From a virus (taxonomy: Duplodnaviria; Caudoviricetes): a DNA stretch of 64,000 bases. Made by a program: the position numbers and the translations under genes. The stretch is from positions 64,001-128,000 of IMG/VR virus record IMGVR_UViG_3300001594_000003; one strand, 5' to 3'. A model generated the notes under the pieces. That model had not been told where the DNA came from. It saw nothing but the letters and a program-made list of their open reading frames with translations, and ran no database searches. Shown here in pieces: positions 1 to 10,000 of this stretch (positions are counted from its first letter, which is position 1; each line of letters starts with the position of its first letter).

Positions 1-329
1 AGAACCTAGCGGCTTCCGTATATCAGCAACTCAACAGCGTTCGTAGCAGCTTGACCAACGCTCGTAACCGATTAGTTGTCGTAGAGCAGAAGCTACAGGA
101 TATTGAAATAGGCGAGGGCACTCCTCGTTACAAACATGATCAGCTAGAAGCGTCGCTTGAGTGGAGAATTACCCACTCGCTAAACACTCTCGACGTTACT
201 GTGGAAGTCCGCAACTCTGACGGGTTGTTGATGGTACCCGATGTTCAGCAACCAATAGACGCTGACAACATTCTGCTAACGTTCGCCGAACCTAGAACTG
301 GCAAAGTCCTCATACTTGGCCTAAGGTAA
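1..329 (+). CDS. 3' part of virion structural protein with C-terminal 'W.I.H.L' small beta domain (starts before window)
   Basis: Frame is open from base 3; ends EWRITHSLNTLDVTVEV...ILLTFAEPRTGKVLI, the same domain type as 4604-5412. Confidence 0.75.
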   Translation, partial: NLAASVYQQLNSVRSSLTNARNRLVVVEQKLQDIEIGEGTPRYKHDQLEASLEWRITHSLNTLDVTVEVRNSDGLLMVPDVQQPIDADNILLTFAEPRTGKVLILGLR

Positions 330-334
330 CTAAC

Positions 335-1195
335 ATGAAACGGCTTTTGGCATCCTTGTCGCTAATTTATGTCATAACGGTAAGCGCCCAAAGCCTTCTG
401 GTTGTCCAATCCGCTCAGGTCCATGATCTGTACGGAAACTCGATTGTGACAGCCCTTCTGGAAACTGAAGGAATTGAGCAGGTGGATGTTTTCCACGCTC
501 GTTTGTTCACCCATGATTCGTCCGAGTATTCTCGCGCAAACCTCAAACGTGTGCTAGCTGCTCACGTCGAGAAAGCGAAGCCGGCCGAAATCCTGTTTTT
601 GGGTGAGCCTGTTATCGATGTTGGAGTTCCGTTTAAATACACTCCGATACTTGTTGGATCGAAATCGTTTAACACCACTGCACTGACAGCGGCGCGCGAC
701 TACGATCCAAAGATGAACAAAGTATACATCATTTCAGGTCCTTCGCATGTCGCTCAATTGCGACAAGCAAACCTACAAACATATATGGATGGATTCGACG
801 TTGAGACCTTCACTGTCTCAACTGTCTTGGATTTCCAAAAGCGCCTCTTGTCGATTCAGGACGAACCGAAAGGCATCATTCTGCTAAATGCGTTCACGTT
901 GTTGGATGAGTGGCAGCAGGATGTTGGCTATGCCGAGCTTGAGAAGATTCTAGTATCAGTCAACAAGAAACATTTGGATGTGGGCCTGTGCCGTAAACGG
1001 TTCAACACTGCACTTGCGGTAGGCCCAACGCCGAGAGAAGCTGCTGAATTGGCTTCGTCTTCATATCACGTTGCTGAGAATGAACTTCCACACATAAGTT
1101 CGTGTGCAAATCTGAGGAGGCTTAGTGGTAAATGGTTACCTGTTTACCGTAAGTCCCAAGGAAAATTCGACATTGTAGTAGGTGGATATGACTAA
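335..1195 (+). CDS. Secreted protein resembling a type I periplasmic-binding / ABC-substrate-binding-like sensor domain
   Basis: Signal peptide MKRLLASLSLIYVITVSAQS; alpha/beta pattern LLVVQS..KPAEILFLG..AARDYDPKMNKVYIISG..GIILLNAF. Confidence 0.55.
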   Translation: MKRLLASLSLIYVITVSAQSLLVVQSAQVHDLYGNSIVTALLETEGIEQVDVFHARLFTHDSSEYSRANLKRVLAAHVEKAKPAEILFLGEPVIDVGVPFKYTPILVGSKSFNTTALTAARDYDPKMNKVYIISGPSHVAQLRQANLQTYMDGFDVETFTVSTVLDFQKRLLSIQDEPKGIILLNAFTLLDEWQQDVGYAELEKILVSVNKKHLDVGLCRKRFNTALAVGPTPREAAELASSSYHVAENELPHISSCANLRRLSGKWLPVYRKSQGKFDIVVGGYD

Positions 1196-1469
1196 CATGC
1201 ACTCGAACGTTTCGAGATTCGTTCTCCTAGCGCTACTTGTAATAGTTTTGTACATCTTCTGGACGTACAGCTACAAGGCGCCTGGCCGTGAGTCCGTAAT
1301 CTACACTCGCATGGATTGCATTCAAAGCGTATGTGTGTACAACAAAACCACGGGCGAGTTGTGTGCAGTTCGTAAGCCTACGGTTTCCGAGTTGATCATT
1401 GAAACTGATCCAAACAACTACAATGTTCGTAACATACGAGTGATACCAAGCGATGATTTATGCCAATGA
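1188..1469 (+). CDS. Small single-pass membrane protein, Cys-containing soluble domain
   Basis: TM FVLLALLVIVLYIFWTY; 4 Cys; overlaps upstream stop. Confidence 0.7.
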   Translation: MTNMHSNVSRFVLLALLVIVLYIFWTYSYKAPGRESVIYTRMDCIQSVCVYNKTTGELCAVRKPTVSELIIETDPNNYNVRNIRVIPSDDLCQ

Positions 1470-1478
1470 GGCTGCTCA

Positions 1479-2027
1479 ATGGATGCCATCCAAACCATTT
1501 TCAGTAGCCCTCTGCCAGTTGCCATATCCGCTGTAATTGCAGTAGCGTGCCTGGCCGGTTACTGGTTTTTTGTTATACCTATGCTTGAAGAGGTAAAGAC
1601 CCTCCGGGAGACCAACGTCGAACTCCAGAGCAAACTGGGCGGCGAGTTTGAACAACAGAAAGCGAGCATACAGCGATTCATGCAGGAAGTGATGACCGGT
1701 GTGCAGAATCAGCAGAATGTTGGTGAACTCGTGTCCGTAATAAACGCTCTGAGGACAACGGTCGAACAACAAACGAACGCACTGAACAGTACACTTGTTC
1801 GTATACTAGACGACATTCAGGAATCGATAGCGCGTCTAAGTCCAGTGATATCCAATCTTTCGGAAACTTCTGCTCGTAAAGACGATGAGATTCGGCGTGA
1901 GGTAGAACGTCTTGGTAGGTTGCTTGAGTCGCTTACTAGGACAGTCGCTGATATAAGCGACAAGCAAAGCCAAGTTGCCGGCGTCCTAACAGGAATGTCC
2001 ATCGCGTCTATGAACAGGAGTCTGTAG
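1479..2027 (+). CDS. N-terminal TM + long coiled-coil protein
   Basis: TM PVAISAVIAVACLAGYWFFVI then heptad-rich helix; GAGG RBS. Confidence 0.75.
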   Translation: MDAIQTIFSSPLPVAISAVIAVACLAGYWFFVIPMLEEVKTLRETNVELQSKLGGEFEQQKASIQRFMQEVMTGVQNQQNVGELVSVINALRTTVEQQTNALNSTLVRILDDIQESIARLSPVISNLSETSARKDDEIRREVERLGRLLESLTRTVADISDKQSQVAGVLTGMSIASMNRSL

Positions 2028-2037
2028 GAATTTAGAC

Positions 2038-2829
2038 ATGGCCTATGTGCTGAATAACATACGGTTTCGCTCCGTCAGCTCTAAAGCCCTTCAAGGGTAC
2101 TACGATTCCAAGTCCTTCATTTTGAATGAGTTGATTGACGAGCGAAAACAATTTAGCCAGGTCGCAAGAGAGGTGCTGCTGTTATTCTTCAACAGCTATT
2201 CCGATTGGGCGTCCAAGGTGGAGTATCTCTTACTTAATCGGAACGTGTTGGATGACTCGGATATCCAGATTATCTTTCAACGTTTCGGTGAAGTAGTAGA
2301 AAGCAACAAACACATTTTCCGCGTGCATAGCGATGTGTTTAATGCTGATTTCATGCGGGTCTGGGGTAAGGTTCATTACCATATACCGCAAAACTTCAAA
2401 CGCAAAGTGCGCCGTGTGTCGGGCAAATCGCAATTGGAAGCGTACCCGCTCATTATAGATGCGTTGGTTAAAGCGTTGCAGTCAACGTTGTTTGAACTGT
2501 ACGAGGTCGATTGTCTGCTAGGCTCTAATTTAGTAGAGAAGCGTGTAACGACTAACGCATCGAACATGGATAACCTCATAACCTATATAGACGAAGGTGA
2601 CCTAGCGTACTATCGCAACACGGGAGTCTTCATCATTAAGGAGAGGTTGAACTACTATCTGGACGAAGTAATCCTACCGGGAATACAAGTTCCGATCGTG
2701 GTGAAAAACTACACGGAAGAAAAGATTGAATTGCAAAACGGCGTGGTTGTAGGCGATCAGCCATTGGCTAAACTGCTTACCGATATTCAAGAAAACCCAC
2801 GTATCAAAATTGTTGAAGTCCTTTCCTAA
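2038..2829 (+). CDS. Hypothetical cytoplasmic protein
   Basis: 263 aa ORF, AGGA RBS, tight operon spacing. Confidence 0.75.
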   Translation: MAYVLNNIRFRSVSSKALQGYYDSKSFILNELIDERKQFSQVAREVLLLFFNSYSDWASKVEYLLLNRNVLDDSDIQIIFQRFGEVVESNKHIFRVHSDVFNADFMRVWGKVHYHIPQNFKRKVRRVSGKSQLEAYPLIIDALVKALQSTLFELYEVDCLLGSNLVEKRVTTNASNMDNLITYIDEGDLAYYRNTGVFIIKERLNYYLDEVILPGIQVPIVVKNYTEEKIELQNGVVVGDQPLAKLLTDIQENPRIKIVEVLS

Positions 2830-2844
2830 ACGGAGAAGCATATA

Positions 2845-4584
2845 ATGCTCAAGAATGGTAACATTACGCTGCTCGGCGAAATTCGTGGTTTGAAGCCGCA
2901 ACGTCTCGCCGCCGACCCCATCGAAGCCGATCTGCGTCAAGGCCTCGTTTGGGTAAACACAACTGAAAAGGCTATGAAGTGGTACGACGGTGAAGTGATC
3001 AACCGTATCGCTACCGGTGACAGCCTCGACGAGTACATGCGTCTCGATGGCGCTGAAATGACTGGTCCGCTGCTGCTCTCCGGTGATGCTACCGAAGCTC
3101 TGCACGCTGTACCGTTCAGCCAACTGAACACCCTGCTGGAAGGCAAACAGGACGATATCACTGGTGCTGCCAGCACTGTCGTCACTGCTGATCTGACCGC
3201 AAGCTCCGTACTCGTTTCTGACGAAAACGGCAAGATCGCTGCTGGCACCATCAACGTCGCTACTCTGGGTTATCTGGACGGCGTCACCAGCAACGTTCAA
3301 ACCCAGCTGGACTCCAAGCAAGACGACCTCGGCTATGTGCCTGTTGATCGCGAAGGCGACACTCTGACCGGCGACCTGAACTTTAGCAACTCCGCTACTG
3401 TTACTGGTCTGCGTGCTCCTGTCAGCCAGACTGACGCTGTTCGTCTGATGGACCTGGACAACCTGGCTTCTGGCCTGGACTTCCAGCCGGACGTTCTCGC
3501 TGTTCAGCTGGACGATACTCTGGTCCCGTTCTCGCCGACCGAAGAAGTGATCGATCCTGATACTCAGGAAGTCACCACTCCTGCCTTCGATCTGCCTGAC
3601 TCGGTCGTTCGCTACATCGTAACTGACGCTTCCACCCTGAACGCTGCTTTCGGTACCATCGAAGGTCTGGAAGATGGCGATATCATCCAGCGTAATGCTG
3701 ACGATACCTTCAGCGTTGTCTACGACGTGAGCGAGCGTGGTCCTGGCGTACTGGCTTGGGATCGCGGTACTGCCAAGTTCATGAAGTACAACGGTACCAT
3801 CTGGAACGAGCACGGCGGCCTGAGCGGTGTTACTGCTGCTGACGGTCTGCGCAAAGAAGCCAACACCATCATGGTTGACTTCGGTGGTGGTGTTGAAGCA
3901 TCGGCTGAAGGTGCGCTGACTCTGGCTGTCGATGACGGTCTGGCTCTCGTCGATCCGACTACTGGCCTGGCTTCGACCGGTGCTGACGCTATCCTCGCTC
4001 TGGTTGCTCGCGCTACCGGCGGCCTGACTGTCACTGCTGAAGGTGTTGGCGTTGCCGCTGAAGGTATCGATGCTGACAAGCTGGCTGCCGCTGCTTTCGG
4101 TAACGGCCTGACTGGCGGTGCTGGTACTGCTGTTAGCGTTCGTGCTAATGCTGATGCCTCCATCGTCGTTGACGCTGACGGCGTTCGCGTTGGTGACCTG
4201 AGCGATACCTACGTTGCTCGCACTGGTGACACTTCGGTCGATGGTCAGCTTGCTGTTCCTGCTCCGACTGCTGAAACCAGCGCTACCAACAAGCTGTACG
4301 TTGATACCGCTGTTACTGGCGTAAGCGATGCCGTTACTGCTCTGTCTGACAACATCGCTCAGAGCCGCATGGTGTTCGATGGTACCGTCGGTGATGCAAT
4401 GGATACCTACTCCATTCAGCACAACTTCGGCGACAAGTACGTTCAAGTCACCGTGTATGACGAGAACGACAACGAAATCATGCCGGATACCATCCAGCTG
4501 ATCGACGCCAACAACGTCCAAGTTACCCTCGCCATCGCTCAGCGCATTCGCGTAGTGATCACCGGTCGCAAGGTCGCTGTTTAA
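2845..4584 (+). CDS. Abundant virion structural / fibre-like protein
   Basis: GGAG RBS, strongly biased codons, G/A/D/T-rich, motifs MTGPLLLSGD, DAVRLMDLD, ATNKLYVD, C-terminal IQHNFG domain. Confidence 0.8.
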   Translation: MLKNGNITLLGEIRGLKPQRLAADPIEADLRQGLVWVNTTEKAMKWYDGEVINRIATGDSLDEYMRLDGAEMTGPLLLSGDATEALHAVPFSQLNTLLEGKQDDITGAASTVVTADLTASSVLVSDENGKIAAGTINVATLGYLDGVTSNVQTQLDSKQDDLGYVPVDREGDTLTGDLNFSNSATVTGLRAPVSQTDAVRLMDLDNLASGLDFQPDVLAVQLDDTLVPFSPTEEVIDPDTQEVTTPAFDLPDSVVRYIVTDASTLNAAFGTIEGLEDGDIIQRNADDTFSVVYDVSERGPGVLAWDRGTAKFMKYNGTIWNEHGGLSGVTAADGLRKEANTIMVDFGGGVEASAEGALTLAVDDGLALVDPTTGLASTGADAILALVARATGGLTVTAEGVGVAAEGIDADKLAAAAFGNGLTGGAGTAVSVRANADASIVVDADGVRVGDLSDTYVARTGDTSVDGQLAVPAPTAETSATNKLYVDTAVTGVSDAVTALSDNIAQSRMVFDGTVGDAMDTYSIQHNFGDKYVQVTVYDENDNEIMPDTIQLIDANNVQVTLAIAQRIRVVITGRKVAV

Positions 4585-4603
4585 GTTGTAATAGAGAGGC
4601 TTT

Positions 4604-5203
4604 ATGAAAATCAACGGTACGCTTGATCTGATGGGAAACTACCTGAAGAACCTTGCGTTTGAACCCGTTGACACTTGGCCGCTCGAACCCAAGCCGGGCA
4701 CGTTCATCTTCAAGTCTAAGCGGATTTACATCTGTTTGGAAATACAAGATGGTGTGCCGGCTTGGCTCCCTATCAGCACCGATCTTCACACCCATGTTCA
4801 TGACCAGTTTGTTGCGCAGACCGAATGGGTCATCGAGCACAACCTGCAAACGGCTGGGTGTGTTGTTCAAGTGCTTAGTGGGGATAATCGAGCGATTGAG
4901 TTCGACGAGGTTGACTTCGAGTTCAACAGGGCAACCATCCGATTCGCTGAGCCTCAAGCTGGTCGTGTCATACTTGTTATGGGTGCGACAGAAGGGATTC
5001 CGCGTCCTGTAGTAGCTTTCGAGCAGGCATTCACGGACAGTGCTACTTGGGTAGTTAACCACAAGCTAGGTTACGCCCCGATCATTCGTTGCTTCGTTGG
5101 CAACGTTGAAGTGCAGCCTGTTTCCATCATCCATAACGATACGTTCACCTCTGCTACCGTTACGTTCAACAGTCCGCTGTCGGGCAAGGTACGGTGCATA
5201 TGA
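4604..5203 (+). CDS. Virion protein with two W.I.HNL beta repeats
   Basis: WVIEHNLQ and WVVNHKLG repeats. Confidence 0.75.
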   Translation: MKINGTLDLMGNYLKNLAFEPVDTWPLEPKPGTFIFKSKRIYICLEIQDGVPAWLPISTDLHTHVHDQFVAQTEWVIEHNLQTAGCVVQVLSGDNRAIEFDEVDFEFNRATIRFAEPQAGRVILVMGATEGIPRPVVAFEQAFTDSATWVVNHKLGYAPIIRCFVGNVEVQPVSIIHNDTFTSATVTFNSPLSGKVRCI

Positions 5204-5412
5204 GTGGTCGCTATCAGCACGAACAACCTACGCCGAGTGATCTTTGGGTCATTCAGCACAATCTTTCCACTCGCGCTCCGATCATTGACGCTTATGTTGA
5301 TTACGATGGTAGTCAGCAGAAAATGCTTCCTAAAGAAGTACGCGCTATCGATCTGAACACCTGCCATCTTGTATGGTCTGTTCCGCGCACTGGCCGAGCT
5401 GGGGTAATCTGA
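5200..5412 (+). CDS. Small single W.I.HNL-domain virion protein
   Basis: ATGA overlap; LWVIQHNLS...VPRTGRAGVI. Confidence 0.75.
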   Translation: MSGRYQHEQPTPSDLWVIQHNLSTRAPIIDAYVDYDGSQQKMLPKEVRAIDLNTCHLVWSVPRTGRAGVI

Positions 5413-5963
5413 TGCTTATCGACAGTCTAACAATTGCCGCGGGCTCGGGACTCCAGATTCAAATGCTCGACGATGCACGTCGCGGTCCCGCGTTCCCAGA
5501 TTCACCTAACACTGGTGATCTGTGGGAGCTGACCGAAAGCGTTAACGCTGGCATTTACGAGTACCAGACCCAGTGGATTCTTCGCAACCCAAGCCTCAGC
5601 GCACTGTCTTATGACCTGTCTGGCACCATCTTCGGAAAGCCAGAGCCGAGTGCTAAGGTCATGTACTACGTAGCTTCGCGCACGTTCTACATTCAAGGTG
5701 CACTGGCTGGAGCTATCGCGTATGCTCTGCAAGCTCCAGAGCTGGCGCAAGACTTCCCAATCACACTGACTCGAAACCAACAGCCCATGTACGTTGGCAC
5801 GATCCATTTCGATGCGTTCAGTGAGAAGGGCCTGTTCAACCCTGCAAGTCAGGAACCGATCCGCGTACAGCGTGGCGATATCATTATGATCACTGCACCT
5901 GATGTAGTCGATAGCCTGATGGCTGATATCTCCTTCACGTTGTGCGGTTACCTATCTATCTAA
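5412..5963 (+). CDS. Virion structural protein
   Basis: TGATG coupling; FPDSPNTGDLW motif typical of fibre-associated proteins. Confidence 0.7.
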   Translation: MLIDSLTIAAGSGLQIQMLDDARRGPAFPDSPNTGDLWELTESVNAGIYEYQTQWILRNPSLSALSYDLSGTIFGKPEPSAKVMYYVASRTFYIQGALAGAIAYALQAPELAQDFPITLTRNQQPMYVGTIHFDAFSEKGLFNPASQEPIRVQRGDIIMITAPDVVDSLMADISFTLCGYLSI

Positions 5964-5975
5964 CGGAGCTTCAAC

Positions 5976-6956
5976 ATGGCTGGAAAAATGATCAAGCGGA
6001 CTAAGATTCAAAGCCTTAGTTCCCTCGCCTCTTCTCTGTTCGCAGACTTCAAAGAGTGCGGCCTCACCCAGGTTCTGCCGATTACTGGTCAAAACTTCAC
6101 ACCGACTGCCGGTGCTGGTAAGTTTGTTCTGGAGTCGTCCGCAACTGTAAACCCGCTGCAATCCACTCAACCTTGGCGCTTGTCGCTGGAGCTGAAAGGT
6201 GCTACGACTTTCGGTGGCTCTATCAGCATGGCTATCGCTAACCCGCAGCAGATTGACAACAACGGCGTAGTGTCTAAGTACCCGTTCAACACTACTGGCA
6301 CCAACAACACCATGGGCCAGCTGGGTAAGAACTACAACGAGCCGAGTAAGCTCGGAGACGTGTTCATTGACCGTACCAATTCGGTCAACCCGTACGACGC
6401 CGGTACCACAATGTCCTACATCATGATCGCCACTGCGCGCGGCCTTGGTCTGTTTGTGTGGGAAGAAGGTACGGACAGCAAGCCGAAGTTCTCTTGGTTC
6501 TTCTTGCAGACTCCTGTAGACAAAGAAAACGGTGCTCCTCTGTTGAATGCCAACAGCCCGATCTTCTGCGTCTTCTCTTGTGACAACACCTCCCCACTCA
6601 AGTACATCGTGAGTGAGTCGGATGTGTTCCGTCCTACTCCGGCGGTACCTGCGGATACTGACGGCTTGAACAGCACTGCCATCCTGAACTCGAAAGAGCA
6701 GGTTGCAATCGCCAAGGGCAACAAGTATCTGATCACGTTCCCGAATCGCCTGAACACCGAGCGCTATGCGTACACCGAAGAGCTTGATATGTTCGCCTAC
6801 ACCAGCGCTGATGTTATCGCTGACGAATCGGAAATCGCTATCCGCCCTTACGGTGAAACTACAGATCGCATCTACCGCGCCATGAAGGCCAACGGTAATG
6901 ACAACACAGGTATGCGACTGATGATGCTCATTTCCGGCGGTGGCATCACTGCTTAA
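5976..6956 (+). CDS. Fibre-subunit-like structural protein, paralog 1
   Basis: Highly similar to 13193 and 14224 (NKYLITFPNRLNTERYAYTEELD, YRAMKANG); biased codons. Confidence 0.8.
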   Translation: MAGKMIKRTKIQSLSSLASSLFADFKECGLTQVLPITGQNFTPTAGAGKFVLESSATVNPLQSTQPWRLSLELKGATTFGGSISMAIANPQQIDNNGVVSKYPFNTTGTNNTMGQLGKNYNEPSKLGDVFIDRTNSVNPYDAGTTMSYIMIATARGLGLFVWEEGTDSKPKFSWFFLQTPVDKENGAPLLNANSPIFCVFSCDNTSPLKYIVSESDVFRPTPAVPADTDGLNSTAILNSKEQVAIAKGNKYLITFPNRLNTERYAYTEELDMFAYTSADVIADESEIAIRPYGETTDRIYRAMKANGNDNTGMRLMMLISGGGITA

Positions 6957-6972
6957 TCTTGAGTAAAGGAGG

Positions 6973-7004
6973 GGGGCTAAGGTTTTCGATCTTAGCCCCT
7001 TTTT
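6973..7004 (+). terminator. Intrinsic terminator
   Basis: GGGGCTAAG-loop-CTTAGCCCC + TTTTT. Confidence 0.85.
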
Positions 7005-7021
7005 GCGTTTTGGAGCCCATT

Positions 7022-10000
7022 ATGTTCATACCTGCCAGTTTGGCTTTGGGTGCTGCATACGTTGATCTAGCCATCGATGTTAGTGGAACTCTAGTAGCGG
7101 ATTGCTCCGTTACGTATATGGGAATGGAATACGGTCCTGGAGTTGAGATTCCGGTAGAGCGAACGCGCACTGCACGCTTGAGTACGATTGTCACGGACTA
7201 TGCGGAAATCTCCGTTGTCTTAGCAGGCAAGCAACACTATTGGTGTGTCGATATACCTAGAACGTTGCAGTACGTTGACGATGACGCCTACAAACGTATC
7301 ACAGGCTCAGCGTACGGCGGTATCGTCAATACCGGTAACGGCTCAGTCATTCCATTCTCCCCAACGCCCGAGTTCGCGGGCGGCGACGTAGTTGCTACAT
7401 TAGACTACACGCGCAAGACCGTCTGGTTCACGAATGCTCAAAACCAAGTCAAGAATCTGATTCTCGACGAGGCTCCTGTGGCTGCCATCTTCCTGCCTCG
7501 TTGGAGTTACGTGGAAAGTATTCCAACCGTGTGTTACGTGGTAACGGCTTCTAAGATTCATCGCCTAGACGCTACGTTCAACATCGCTGAGACAGTTACT
7601 ATTGCATTTGGCACAGGTGTAATTGCAGCTTCTGGTGATGTTAATGGTCGGATTGTTTTGGCGTACACGAATCGTCTTGTAGTAGCCAACACAGATGGGT
7701 CTACTGTAACGAATTACGGAGCGTTCAGCGGATATCACTCGCTGTTTGTTGCGCCGGATAACACCTACGTCGTCGGCTGCGATGCTGGCGTTGTGTTTTT
7801 CACCTACACAACAGGCTGGAACTATCAGATCGTCTCTCCGTCTGCAGGTAGATTTTGGAGTTTCGACGTAAACGAAAACTATCTGTACACTGCGGATGCA
7901 GGGAATCGCTGTGTAATACGTACCGATCTGAGTACACGCGCCAACCACACTGCCTACTTCGACAAGATCCCGCGCGACGTAGTGGCAAACGGTGATGATG
8001 TATACGTCTCGTTCTTGAACGATGCAACATGCCGAAAGTACAACAGAGCACTTACAGAGTTCATCGAAGTGCCTGCCGTACGATCCTTTGGCGCCATCTT
8101 CTTCAATGGTAACTATCTAGTATCGAGTCTGTATAGCGATGCGAATGATGTGACCAAGACAGAGCCTTCGGCACCTGCGGTTCTGATTGAAAACCTTGAC
8201 CTTCCACATAACACCGCGTTTGGTCGTAATTATACCGTGACCTGGCCTCGTCCAGAGTTTGTAAGAGTTACACCATCTATATCGACTGTTACCAAGAACG
8301 GCAGTCCATTTACTGAAGGTTATTTGCGCAACGGCGACATTATTCGGGTGACAGACCCAGCGCACGGTGCGTGGTATGACGATACTGTAACTCACCTGTT
8401 TGGCCGTCGCATTACTACATTCAGAGCACGCACTGAGCCTAAGCTATTCCCTGATCGGTACACTGTACCTACTATCCTACGGGCGTTGCCTCGCGAGACG
8501 TATTATGATCAGTTCGTAGTGACCGGTATGACCTACGGGTTCAGCGTCAATATTTCCACAGAATCACTCGATATCTCGTTCGCCGTGAATGACGGCCCAA
8601 TCGGAAAGACTGGCGTCATAAAGAACGATGACATTATTAGGGTCGAAGGCGCCATCAAGAACCTTATTGCCATTCGCGTTGAGCATCTGATACTTACGCA
8701 ACACAATAAAGAAGTTGCAGGTTGGCTTCTTTTGCCGATGTTACTTGAAGGTGTCACCCTAGCGGAGAACACTGCCATCTCGAAGAATCGGTATGGCGAT
8801 CAGGCTGTGTATGATGGTCCAGAAGAGGTTTCAACCGAGACTCTCTTTGGCCCCTATTCGCAGACCTTGGTGCACTCTCAGGATAGCTACGCTGCGATGG
8901 GCGGTCAAGCAGTTCTCGTTTCGGTTGACCTAACTTGTCATGCCTCTGGTTGCCCTACGACTGGAATAACGCTAACGCAGGCTGCGCAACAATACGCCTC
9001 AAGCAGTTTCATTGCCGCAACAGAGGGCCTGCTTGCCTGTTCAACCACGGAACACGCAGTCGAAGACGCTTCGTTCCTGCGTTCGTATACGCGAAGTGTG
9101 TTCTCTGCGTCAACTCGTGGTATCATTGGTCCAACCGATGTTCGTTATGCACAAAGCACTACGGCCAATATTGGCACACAACGAAGTTCACTGGAGCTCG
9201 CCGTAACAACCTTCGACGTTAGCCTAAATAGCAAAACGTCAGCTATCTCGGCAGTATACGACTCCTACAATACGGACTCTTATGAGATAGTTGCGGAGTA
9301 TCGACCGCGCACACTCAGCACTGTGTTCTCCGAACATATGCCGTATGAGACGAGAACCCTGTACGCCTACGTAGAGCAGATGCCAGTCACGCTTCGGTTT
9401 ACCTGCTATAACACACATAGTCAGAATACAGTAGGCATGTTGTTGAATGATGTGTCGGTGTTTAAGAACGCCGCGACGCACCAAATGCACATTCTACATA
9501 CGCAGGCCGAGTTTGTCTCATCCGTTGATACGTTCTGGAAGTATCCTGTCTTAGAGTTTGCGGCTGCGGCACATCGCCGTCTCAGTGGACGCACGGATAA
9601 GTGGAGTTCGACAGGTCAGCGGCGCGGATCACTTGATAGATATCGCATCGATACAACAAGTCAATTGAGTGATTCTGACTCCAGTCGATTCTACATCGAC
9701 ACTATTGTCGATCTTCGTCATGGGTTGATCCGTACTGAGATATCCACATCGTATGTGTTGCGTCCATCAAAGGAACTCTACGGAGTTCACTCTGTATTTG
9801 AACGGCAAGCTAGATCAACCCGTCACGAGGCAACACCTGCGTTCGAGCTTCGGTCCACCAACTCAATGCAGGTAATCGAAGCGCCCCAGCGCGTCTTCGT
9901 TCACTCGTCTCGTGATGAGTACACGCTGGCTGATGTTATTAGCGGGTTTGGCAGTCGCGCGGAAGCCGAGGCTTACGCCACGTCGATCAACGTCGCAGGT

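Noticed and set aside
2674-4614. 646-aa antisense ORF (also 13166-14206, 14302-15315, 27242-28021 and 56145-57146)
   Set aside because: Shadow frames produced by strong codon bias of the real genes; no RBS or protein-like motifs
6959-7021. Extended N-termini in the ORF track (6959, 10030, 13148, 15342, 60796)
   Set aside because: Paralog alignment, RBS position and terminator overlap support downstream starts
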